From contig CAWFVY010000005.1 in NCBI GenBank assembly GCA_963819365.1, positions 8,809 through 72,808 of the forward strand: a stretch of DNA of 64,000 nt, written 5' to 3'. Each line of letters opens with the position of its first letter. Position 1 is the first letter of the stretch. A model generated the notes under the pieces. The model saw only the letters and a program-made list of their open reading frames with translations, did no database searches and had not been told where the DNA came from. Of this stretch, positions 20,966 to 29,562 are shown piece by piece. Both the position numbers and the translations under genes were made by a program. This DNA comes from an uncultured Acidobacteriota bacterium. GTDB lineage: Bacteria > Acidobacteriota > Terriglobia > Terriglobales > Acidobacteriaceae.

Positions 20966-21401
20966 CTACTGAATGCCTTGCGCTTGAGTGATGAAACCCT
21001 CCGCCATGCGTCCGAGACCGGAGATCACCATGAGGGCGACGCCGCTCACACCCCAACCCATGTAGCCGCGTCCGGACTTGAAATGCCATCCCGCGATGCC
21101 GAGGCACGCAACTGCGATGACCGGCGCAATGACATTGCAGCCCCAGTTCACGATGTTGAGGACGGTGCCTTCGACAGTGGTCGCCTGCTGGCCTTGCACG
21201 GCCTGTCCGAACTGCAGGTGCGGTTCCGAGGTTCTGCGCTCTCGCCGCGAAGGGTGCGAGCAGATTGCCGGCGAGGATCAAACTCAGTCCCATCTTGATG
21301 GCGACGTGCAACCAATTGATCTCGTCGGGGCGGTGAAAGACGTGCGTGGAGGTGGAAGCGGACACTTGGGAGCGCCGCCAGAAGGCCAGTGCGGTTCTCA
21401 T
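20966..21401 (-). CDS. VirB2-like pilin precursor (frameshift between leader and mature part)
   Basis: RBS CAGGAG, leader ending AARAQ, then two hydrophobic helices (NWGCNVIAPVIAVACLGIAG; WGVSGVALMVISG). Confidence 0.6.
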
Positions 21402-21452
21402 AGGTTTTCTCTCCTGGACCCGGCTGCTCTCATGGCATCCGTGTCGAGCGAG

Positions 21453-21484
21453 AGAATGAGTGCGGAACCGAAATTCGGTCAAAT
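21453..21484 (-). promoter_or_regulatory. ICE promoter motif copy B, upstream of the pilin-virB4 operon
   Basis: ATTTGACCGAATTTCGGTTCCGCACTCATTCT (TTGACC-18-CATTCT). Confidence 0.6.
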
Positions 21485-21668
21485 GAGCTGGCCGGACCAG
21501 GATGGGTCGTCGGTCTATCTCCAATAGACTGAGGAGGTTCTAGCGACCGAGAGATGCCGAGGCGGGGCTTCCGCCTTCTGGAGCGTTGGAACGATTTGGG
21601 GAAATCGAGCTAAAATCTCAATCGAAGAGCCCGGTGTCGCAAGCTGTCGCCAGCTCAGGGACAACGGC

Positions 21669-22130
21669 ATGGCATCCGTATCGCAGCAGAACCCGTATCA
21701 ATGCGACCAGTGCGGGACCGCGAACATCGTGGCTGCGCCCGTCCTCTATCAACAGGGAACACACACTTACTCCACCAGGTTCCATTCGGGGACGACCCAG
21801 TCCTTTTCCGCGCAGGCGGTTACACCACCCCGTCCCCGGGGTTATCTCCGGCCTTTCTTGCTTTGGGGACCCGCAATATGCTTTTTTCTCTCTTTGGACG
21901 GTTCGTCGGGTTCTAGCTCCATCTCTCGAACATCCAAAGGATGACAACAAGCTGGCAGAGCTACCGTCGTATTCTTCTTGCTTCTGGGTGTCAGCGTCGC
22001 TTGTGGGCATGGTCTTAGCCTTCGCAAAATCGCGCGCTACAACCGTGAGGTCTATCCGCGTCTACATTGGAACTGGGAGCACACCTATATATGTAGGCGT
22101 TGCGGACGGTTCCGCCTGATTCCTTCGTAG
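21669..22130 (+). CDS. Membrane protein with N- and C-terminal CxxC pairs (frameshifted)
   Basis: MASVSQQNPYQCDQC..., hydrophobic middle, final frame ...TVVFFLLLGV...HTYICRRCGRFRLIPS stop 22130. Confidence 0.5.
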
Positions 22131-22221
22131 CTCAGAGACCTGGCTGGTTCATCTGGACTTAATCGGCATAACGGTTGAGTCTCTGAAACTCTCGGTGCGA
22201 TCGTTCTCATGTCCACACCGG

Positions 22222-22589
22222 CTCTATTCGGGAACGACGATTACCCAAGTCGCACTTTGGGTCATTGGGAAGGATCTTTACCCAATCCGGAATTGGGTAA
22301 TCGGGAACAACAGATTCCTCAATTTGCACACTGGGTAATCGGGCATGTTTCTTGCCCAATCGCGAAGTGGGTCAACGGGACCGATCTTTGCTCAATCGGA
22401 ATTGGGTCATCGGGAACAAAAATGACTCATTCTGCAGACTGGGTCAATGGGACCGTTGTTTGCTCAATGGCGAAGTGGGTCAACGGGACCGATCTTTGCC
22501 CAACTTCACATTGGGGCATCGGGAGCAAAGATTGCCCAACTGCGTACTGGGTCATGCGGACCGACCTTGACCCGAACGGGAAGTGCGTC
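22222..22589. repeat. Degenerate ~36-bp tandem array (9 full units + partial) with ~108-bp higher-order period
   Basis: TGGG(T/G) starts at 22258, 22294, 22332, 22368, 22403, 22440, 22476, 22512, 22548; each unit TGGGTCA.YGGGA...T(G/A)C(C/T)CAA. Confidence 0.9.
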
Positions 22590-22680
22590 CAGGGGAAGGG
22601 CGCATTACAGGCACATTTCTTGGAGACGCGACGCAAGAACGATGAGCCGCAAGGCAACTCGCCAGTTGAATATGATGGCC

Positions 22681-22713
22681 AAACACAAGAACGCCCCGGC
22701 ACTGGGCCAGGGC
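22681..22713 (-). terminator. Possible terminator after virB10
   Basis: GCCCTGGC-CCAGT-GCCGGGGC followed by GTTCTTGTGTTT. Confidence 0.4.
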
Positions 22714-22744
22714 GAAGAAGAGAGTCGTGCGGCGAGTGGGCAAT

Positions 22745-24007
22745 CTACTGAACCGTTGGGCTGACCTTGTGAAGCTCGGAAGGCGTTTGTTCGTGTTTGG
22801 TAAACACGACGTAGATCTTCGTGTCGGCCGGAACGGAGACTACCACACGGCTGTTGGCATTGAGGCTCATCACCTCCGAGTCTCCCGCCGTGCCGATATT
22901 CTCGGCAAGCCGCTCACGAAGCATGTCGTCCTCAGAAAACGCAGCGCTGGTGTTGTTCCCGGCAACTTCTGCAAGCACCGAGCCGAGACCCGATGCCGCC
23001 CGCACCAGAAAGTTCTTACCCGTGTTCTTCCCGTACACGCTTCCTTTGATGGGTCCGAGGTCCAGCCCAGTTCCGACAGCGTCGATCTTCTCCCGGGCTC
23101 CATCGAGAAGTTCGATCTCGTCGAACTTCACGCTCACCAGTCCGCTTCGGTCGGCCTGCTGGAGCTGACCGTACACGCGTGCGCCCGCAGGGACGATAAT
23201 TCTGTCGCCGATCGCGTAGGTGTATTCGACTACGGCTACGACAGGGGCCAGCACAGCGCTCGATATCTGCGTCTCAAGCTTCGCCTGAATGCGCGTACCC
23301 GGTGTCAGTTCCAAGCGAGGAGTACCATCCTCGCCGGTATTGAGCTTCTGTGCAGCCAACGCTGGGCTTTGCGCCACACTTCGCACAAAGACCAGAGACG
23401 GCTCCTTGAGGGTGTTCTGTTGCGCTTGCGGCGTTTCCGCGTTGGGAGTTCCGCCATAGGGCGCCGGATCTTCCCACTTCTGTTGCGTGTCTGCGAAAGA
23501 GGGTACATTTCCCAGGGAGCTGGCAACAGCAGGCTTGCCGGCAAACGGCTTCAAACCTGAGCTATTGTCCAGTGTTCGTGTCCGACGAATATCCCCTGGA
23601 CCGAGCTGCCCACTGCTGTTATCCGGCGCCGGCGTGTGCTCGGTATCCATGAGGGGTGTCACACTCCCTTTGGGCTTCGGCGACTGCTCCTGTTTGGCCT
23701 GCTGCGAGGGCTGCTTAACTGCCGCTAGTTTCTTCGGAGACTTGCCAACGATCGCCGCGAAAACAAAGAAGAGCACCGCAACTGCAAGTCCGCCTCCGAG
23801 GAGCATCAGTTTGCCCTTGCTTATTCCTTCAGCTCCCTTGACGGCAGTTCGCGTTGCAAACCGGGTGACGGGTTCCGCTTTCTCCGCGCCATCGATAGGC
23901 TCGGGCGCGCGAATCCGTCCTTGCGAAACCGCCGGCTCTGACGATTCTGCGACAGGAGTAGTGTTCATGCTCCCGTTTCCATTCCTGTTGTTCTCATTGG
24001 CGTTCAT
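22745..24007 (-). CDS. virB10: VirB10/TrbI-like protein
   Basis: Single TM, Pro-rich linker, C-terminal LTPGTRIQAKLETQISS...IVPAGARVYG...VPADTKIYVVF. Confidence 0.82.
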   Translation of the reverse strand: MNANENNRNGNGSMNTTPVAESSEPAVSQGRIRAPEPIDGAEKAEPVTRFATRTAVKGAEGISKGKLMLLGGGLAVAVLFFVFAAIVGKSPKKLAAVKQPSQQAKQEQSPKPKGSVTPLMDTEHTPAPDNSSGQLGPGDIRRTRTLDNSSGLKPFAGKPAVASSLGNVPSFADTQQKWEDPAPYGGTPNAETPQAQQNTLKEPSLVFVRSVAQSPALAAQKLNTGEDGTPRLELTPGTRIQAKLETQISSAVLAPVVAVVEYTYAIGDRIIVPAGARVYGQLQQADRSGLVSVKFDEIELLDGAREKIDAVGTGLDLGPIKGSVYGKNTGKNFLVRAASGLGSVLAEVAGNNTSAAFSEDDMLRERLAENIGTAGDSEVMSLNANSRVVVSVPADTKIYVVFTKHEQTPSELHKVSPTVQ

Positions 24008-24024
24008 AACCTTGGGGCTCCCTT

Positions 24025-24981
24025 CTACTTGCCATCGCCGGATATGGGTGGAGTGAACGGAAGATGGATCAAGATCGGATGATCCACCTGATCCGCTTGG
24101 GCAATCTGCAGAAATAGCTTTTCGGTCGATTCCTTGAAGTTCGGCCGATCAAAGACGACCACGCCATCGGCGCGTTCTCCCGGCTCAAGGCGCGTTGTAC
24201 TCAACCTGTAGTCCCGGATTTCCAGTTGGTCCGAGATAATGCCTTTCCCCTCCTTCTTTTTCTTCTTGGTGGCCTTGCGACCTGTGATCTGGATTTGCGG
24301 AGGGACAATCTCGATAGGCTCATTCGAGCTGTTCAGGATGGAGTACGAGATCATGGTCTGATTGCTCAACTGCCGCATATCGCCAATCGATGTCTCGATT
24401 TGCTTGTCCTCCCATTTCGTCCACTTCGGAGCGTTCACGCTCTCCTGCAGCTTGAACACCTCGTCGAGGCTCGACAGCGGCGCCGAACGCAAACCGGCGG
24501 TCCCGCCACTCACGCCCTGCGCGGGTTCCTTAGTGGGCGCGCTTCGCGTCGCCAGGGATTCAGGATCGGCGGAAATGAGGAAGCTCCGCGTCGTTCTGTA
24601 TTCGATCAGAAAATCAACCGGCTGCGTTGGATTCGTGACACTCGCGCCATCGCTGACCAGTTCCAGCGTGACATGCTGTCCTGATTTAGTTGCGATGAGG
24701 AGGTTCGACTGCGCAGCCTCTTTAACGATCGGTTTGACGTAGACATACTCCGGCTCGCCTTCGTTATGTTCTGCCTTGAACTCACCCGGGCTGCCGAGGA
24801 TTACGGATGTGATCTCCTCCGGCATGCGGATGGTCGATTCAAACTCTGGCCTGAGATGAAGGACCGTGACTTCTCTCGGATTGATCGTGACAGTGGCGAC
24901 ACGTGCTCCAACTGGTGTGTCGCTCGCGCTGAGACGAAGCGGAAGCAGGACTGCGACAGGGATGAGCCAGCGAAGTTTCAT
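24025..24981 (-). CDS. VirB9/TrbG-like secreted protein
   Basis: Signal peptide; VTVLHLRPEFESTIRMPEEITSVILG...VYVKP...SNLLIAT; adjacent to virB10. Confidence 0.65.
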   Translation of the reverse strand: MKLRWLIPVAVLLPLRLSASDTPVGARVATVTINPREVTVLHLRPEFESTIRMPEEITSVILGSPGEFKAEHNEGEPEYVYVKPIVKEAAQSNLLIATKSGQHVTLELVSDGASVTNPTQPVDFLIEYRTTRSFLISADPESLATRSAPTKEPAQGVSGGTAGLRSAPLSSLDEVFKLQESVNAPKWTKWEDKQIETSIGDMRQLSNQTMISYSILNSSNEPIEIVPPQIQITGRKATKKKKKEGKGIISDQLEIRDYRLSTTRLEPGERADGVVVFDRPNFKESTEKLFLQIAQADQVDHPILIHLPFTPPISGDGK

Positions 24982-25459
24982 GGGGTTGACCTCCTCGACG
25001 GCCGAGCGGCCGGATACCTGCGAAGCATGTACTGCCTTCGCACCGCTTGCACGTAGGCGACAACTTCCGGATTACGATAATCCAGTTGTTCCCGTGCAAT
25101 GTTGCGGTCGCCGGCGTAATAGGCAGCGGCAACCAGACGCAGATCTCCGTGGAATTCCCACATCAATGCCGTGACGTAGCGGGTGCCTGCGGCAATGTTT
25201 TGTTCCACATCAAAGGGCTCGAAAGGCGCCAAATCGCTTCGCCGTCGCCGGCATGAGCTGCATCAGCCCCATCGCTCCCTTGGCGGAGACCGCTCGCGGG
25301 TTCCAACGCGATTCGACGTCGATGAATGCGGCGATCAACTCCGGCGGCACACGATAGTGCGCCGCATACTGCCTTACGATCCGCGCTGCCGGTACAGGAT
25401 CCGTCTTGCCCAACGGCAAGATTGGGAAATACCAGCAGTATGAGTACGCACCGAATCAT
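24978..25459 (-). CDS. virB1: VirB1-like lytic transglycosylase (frameshifts)
   Basis: IDVESRWNPRAVSAKGAMGLMQLMP and QNIAAGTRY...AAAYYAG SLT motifs. Confidence 0.85.
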
Positions 25460-26562
25460 GATGCTGATCCTCCTCGGAGCGCGAGACTCTGCGCGAACCT
25501 GGCTCCGTCGTCGAGCAAGCTCTTGAACCCCTCCCGCAACAGGAGGTGGCGACGGTCCTTCTCGGTCTTCGCCAAGAACGGAAGCAGCACGTCGCGGTGC
25601 TCCGCTGTTACGTGGTCGGTCCCGAGGAGTTGCAGTGCATTGGCGAAGTCGATCATCTCCGAGACCGATGGCGGCTTTTCCAGTGAGTAGTTGCGGAAGG
25701 AGAGCGCTATTCCGGCCATCTCGCGATGGAAGCTCTCATCGGCCTTCGGGGTGCGGCTGGCAATGATCTCGGCTTCGCGCTCCGGCGTCGGATGCTCGAC
25801 CCGCACATAGAGGCTTCGCCTCCGGATTGGGTCGCCCAGCCTGCGTTCCTCGTTGCTGGTGAGCACGACGAACGGGAATGCTCTTTGCTGCGACCGTGCC
25901 GAACTCAGGAATCGAGAGCTGCCAGGCGGAAAGGATTTCTAACAGCATCGCTTCGAACCCATCGTCTACCTTGTCCAACTCGTCAATAAGCAGCACACAC
26001 GGCCGATCGCATTCGAGTGCACGCATCAGTGGACCAGGCCGAAAGAAGTCCCGCCCCTTGAGGTTCGCCTGAACGGTCTGCCAGTTTTCGTGCTCGCCTT
26101 TTGAAAACTCCATGTAGAGACGCTGCAGGCTCTCGTCGAAGCGACCGATGGCCTTGTCCTCGGTTACACCGCGATAGCACTGCAGCCGCTCGACATGCGT
26201 GCCGGCAGCAGCGGCGACAGAGATGGCAAATTGGGTCTTGCCGCTGCCCGCGGGCCCTTCGAGCAGCAGCGGCTTTTGGAGCTTGGCGGCGAGAAAGACC
26301 ACCTGGGTCATCACCGGGTCGATGAAGTAGCCCGTGGCCGCGAGTTTGGTCCCGAGATCGTGCGATTGAATCAAACATCTGCTTTGTCCTCGCGCTTCTA
26401 CTTGAATTCCAGCCGCAGTTTGCTCTCCGGTCGGCTTTCCGACCCAAAGGCGGATCGTTTGGTGGGGGAAACCACTTGCGCCCAGACATTCGCGAGCGAT
26501 CGTGACTCCCAACTCAGCAAGGAGGACCAAAAGCCTGCGTTCCAAAATGTCTTCCGCTTCAC
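25456..26562 (-). CDS. MoxR-family AAA+ ATPase (frameshifts)
   Basis: LLLEGPAGSGKT, ERLQCY, GPLMRAL, LLIDELDK, VLTSNEERRLGDPIRRRSLY. Confidence 0.85.
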
Positions 26563-26617
26563 CTGAACCTCCTCCAATGCGGAGACAGCATGAGACGGCA
26601 TCAAAACTCGGTCAAAT
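26560..26617 (-). promoter_or_regulatory. ICE promoter motif copy C plus leader/RBS, upstream of the moxR-virB1-virB9-virB10 operon
   Basis: ATTTGACCGAGTTTT...CTCATGCTG..TCCGCATTGGAGGAGG..GTG (TTGACC-17-CATGCT). Confidence 0.7.
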
Positions 26618-26656
26618 TTCCATTTGAGGCTGTGGATTTACTCCGTCCGATTCAGT

Positions 26657-26932
26657 TCACGATTCCGGCCGGGCGGAAAGCCCAGAAACGGTAACGGCTA
26701 AGCCGTTCGGGCAAGCCGGTTGCGCCCTGCCTGGACTGACCTCGGTCTTACGGCCATTCCCGCCAGTCGGCAGGGGATCCACCCATTGCTCTATCGCTTC
26801 AGGACGGTAGCGCACAAGCGGCCCCACTTTCACGTACTGGGGTCCTTCTCCGCGAAGCCGCCACCGTCTCAAGCACGCCAAGCTAACTTGGATTTTTTCT
26901 GAAACCTGGATTTCATTCAGGAATGATTCCAT
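26657..26932 (-). CDS. AlpA/excisionase-like helix-turn-helix regulator
   Basis: FLNEIQVSEKIQVSLACLRRWRLRGEGPQYVKVGPLVRYR (HTH_17/AlpA pattern). Confidence 0.85.
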   Translation of the reverse strand: MESFLNEIQVSEKIQVSLACLRRWRLRGEGPQYVKVGPLVRYRPEAIEQWVDPLPTGGNGRKTEVSPGRAQPACPNGLAVTVSGLSARPES

Positions 26933-27887
26933 AATGGGAGAGCCAGCGTAATGGTATACAGCGTTTCGGATGAGAAGATTGACGCCTGGTTTGCAGCCTT
27001 CAACCGGCAGAATTGCTGGAACTTGCTAGCAACGAAAGGCGCAAATCGAGATGAGATTCAGCGGTTGCAAAATACAACATAGAGAGTTCTGGGCGTACTA
27101 CCGCTGACTCGTCCCTACCCGAAACCGGCTTCCCAGGGCTGTCCCCCAGGGAACGGCGAATGTTCGTCAAAGGGACGAGTAGCCCACGACTCGCCCGTGA
27201 TGATGCGAGTTGCGATGTATCGTGCCACTATGCAGCTAATGACGGTCACAAACTTGCGTGTTGAGTCCATCACCGGACCCGCCTGCTATCGCCGGGAGAA
27301 CGGATTCTCCGCGCTGATTGCCTACGTGAAATGCGATGATACCGAAATTTCGAGGCAACTCCGCAATGCCGCAGACGCAGGCAATGGTTTGGACTTGCAA
27401 TAGGGGCACTGCAGGGACATGGGGCTGCCGGGAAGAGCTTCAGGAACAGGTGGTTTAGGCATGGGCCGAGTCTAATCCTATTGCGCACGCTCTTCACGCG
27501 TTTTGCGTAAACGGGTTTTCAGGTGAGCGCGAAAATCCGAAACGCGGCGAAAATCCTTTCCCCCTTCCGTCCAATTCCGCTGAAGTGTGCGCGAAACGCC
27601 CCCGGCGAATTGCGCAAGCGGCCGGAGCGCGGTCCCGGGGTTGCCAGGGCCAAAACGGCGGGCACTGTCCGGCGGGCGTCCCGCCCGAGAGTGACCGCCG
27701 ACTCGTCCCTAATCCGTGTCGGCGCTGCTGCCTGTGGGCGAACGTTCGTCAAAGCGACGAGTGGTCCGCTATTCGGCCAGAACCCCGAGGAGCTTCGAGT
27801 TTGGAACGATTTCATCTGCCGTGCGTCTGTTCATTTGGAGGTTCACATGACCAAGTGCTTCCTGGCGTTCGCGCTCTCAGTTCCGAC

Positions 27888-27945
27888 CACGGAGCCTCCT
27901 CCAATGCGGAACCAGCATGAGGTGATTTGAAAAACTCGGTCAAAT
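27888..27945 (-). promoter_or_regulatory. ICE promoter motif copy D plus leader/RBS (near-duplicate of 26560-26617), overlapping the integrase stop
   Basis: ATTTGACCGAGTTTTTCAAATCACCTCATGCTGGTTCCGCATTGGAGGAGGCTCCGTG. Confidence 0.65.
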
Positions 27946-29043
27946 CGGGACGTGGCAATCAGGCCCGGCAACCTCCCCCTGTTGTGGGGTTTTGCTACTC
28001 AGCCGATTCCTGCGGACCTCCAGTTTCTCAACAGCGTCTTCGACATCGGAATGGGCTACGATCGCATATCTTTCGAAGACACTCCGCGTCTTCCAGCCGC
28101 CGATCTTCATGATCACGCCCTCGGCGATGCCGGCTCGCCGATAGTTCCTTGCTGCTGTCCGGCGCAGGTCGTGAAAGAGCAAATTGGGAACCCCCGCGGC
28201 TTTGCACGCCTTTTCCCACGTACCTCGAAAATCTTTCACGGGTTTCCCATTTGGCCACGTGAGCACGTAAGCATCCGGTGCCTTGCCTTGGACGCATAGA
28301 GTCAGGAGTGCGTGAATGATCTTTGTCATCTTGACCTCTCGGCCCTCTTTGTTCTTCGTGGTGCCAGGATGGAGTCGAATGGTCCAGTTCTCGAGCTCAA
28401 TTTGATTGACTCTCAGCTTCTTTAGTTCGCTAATGCGCCATCCATAGGTAGCTCCGAGTTCTACAACCGTTTGGAACCAACGCTCCGAGCAAGACTCCAA
28501 CAGCTTTTCGAATTGAGCATCTTCCAGAAAGCCTTGACGGATATTGCTCTCAGCGAGCCGCGGGAATGCGGGAACAAAAATGATCTTCGGAGGTGTTGCC
28601 CTCCGCCCAAGACTGAACATCCTCTTAAACGCCGCGAGTTCCCGATTGATGGTTCCGTTTGCGGCTCCCTCGACTTGGCGTCTGTCGACGTATGCGTTCA
28701 GCAGGCTGCTCGTGACCTGCACCGCACGAAGAGATCCGAAAAATGGCCGGATATGAAGACGCCATCGCGCCTCGCAGTCGTCCAGCGAAGCCTTACCATT
28801 AATGCGGTAGTCGCGGAGGAAGTCCTCGGCAAGCTCCGTGACGCGAGTGCGCTCTACCGTGGGTCCGATGAATTTTCCCGTCATCACTTCCGCCACGCGG
28901 AGATTCAATGCTCGTGTTGCCTTGCGCTTGTCGGACGTTCCTGTCGACTCCCGAAAGGGCTCCCCATTTCGATAGAACTTAATCCACCAGACACTACTGT
29001 CCTTCTGCCGATAGATTCTCCCGGTGCCACGTGGGCGCCTCAT
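27940..29043 (-). CDS. int: Tyrosine recombinase/integrase
   Basis: TYGWRISE (R), TTKNKEGR (K), FHDLRRT (HxxR), GGWKTRSVFERY (catalytic Y); N-terminal arm-binding domain GTGRIYR...WWIKFY. Confidence 0.96.
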   Translation of the reverse strand: MRRPRGTGRIYRQKDSSVWWIKFYRNGEPFRESTGTSDKRKATRALNLRVAEVMTGKFIGPTVERTRVTELAEDFLRDYRINGKASLDDCEARWRLHIRPFFGSLRAVQVTSSLLNAYVDRRQVEGAANGTINRELAAFKRMFSLGRRATPPKIIFVPAFPRLAESNIRQGFLEDAQFEKLLESCSERWFQTVVELGATYGWRISELKKLRVNQIELENWTIRLHPGTTKNKEGREVKMTKIIHALLTLCVQGKAPDAYVLTWPNGKPVKDFRGTWEKACKAAGVPNLLFHDLRRTAARNYRRAGIAEGVIMKIGGWKTRSVFERYAIVAHSDVEDAVEKLEVRRNRLSSKTPQQGEVAGPDCHVPI

Positions 29044-29321
29044 TCTACCCTCCGCGATCCGTTCCGGGTGTGGGTTGTGACCGCTGCTACCGAGAAGCCA
29101 ATATTCGGTGAATAGTCGTCGGGGATTGAGCGCTTGTGGTTTTCAACATAGCTGTCAAGATCCCGAATATCGAGGAGGAAGGGGCCTCCCTCATGATCCT
29201 GCACAACCGGAAACGCGCCTTCTTGAATCAGGCGCCTCAGCTTCCAGTCGCTCATGGAGAGATATGCGGCCGCCTCTTTGGTGCGGATGAGGCGGCGGTG
29301 TAGTGTGGCTGTCGTCGTCAT
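29040..29321 (-). CDS. xis: Excisionase (HTH_17)
   Basis: LIRTKEAAAYLSMSDWKLRRLIQEGAFP...DIRDLDSYVE; stop overlaps the int start. Confidence 0.85.
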   Translation of the reverse strand: MTTTATLHRRLIRTKEAAAYLSMSDWKLRRLIQEGAFPVVQDHEGGPFLLDIRDLDSYVENHKRSIPDDYSPNIGFSVAAVTTHTRNGSRRVE

Positions 29322-29374
29322 AGATGATTCCTCGTCATGAGTTCTCACGTCCGCTCCCGACATGGGGCGAACGT

Positions 29375-29405
29375 ATCGTGGAGTCAAACGCTGACTCGGT
29401 CAAAT
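29375..29405 (-). promoter_or_regulatory. ICE promoter motif copy E, upstream of xis-int
   Basis: ATTTGACCGAGTCAGCGTTTGACTCCACGAT (TTGACC-17-CACGAT). Confidence 0.55.
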
Positions 29406-29562
29406 CAGCGCAGATCCGTGCTGAGGCGCGATGATGGAACTTGTTTCGAGGAAAGTCTTCGGGGTACTCGCCGGCATCAGGCAGGTAGCGATAGCATCCA
29501 GCCCAAAAAGGGGAGAGCTTGGGTGCTACACAGATCCATCTGACATAGACGGTAAAGGCGAA

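Noticed and set aside
22222-22589. CRISPR array
   Set aside because: Units are contiguous and degenerate, the variable parts are only 6-9 nt and themselves repeat with a 3-unit period, and there are no cas genes.
22209-22751. 180-aa plus-strand ORF across the repeat array as a real gene
   Set aside because: No RBS, the reading frame shifts relative to the repeat units, and it overlaps the virB10 end; not annotated as CDS, though a coding role is not fully excluded.
27197-27403. 68-aa plus-strand ORF between the HTH gene and the integrase
   Set aside because: No clear RBS or motif; cannot be supported as a gene from sequence alone.
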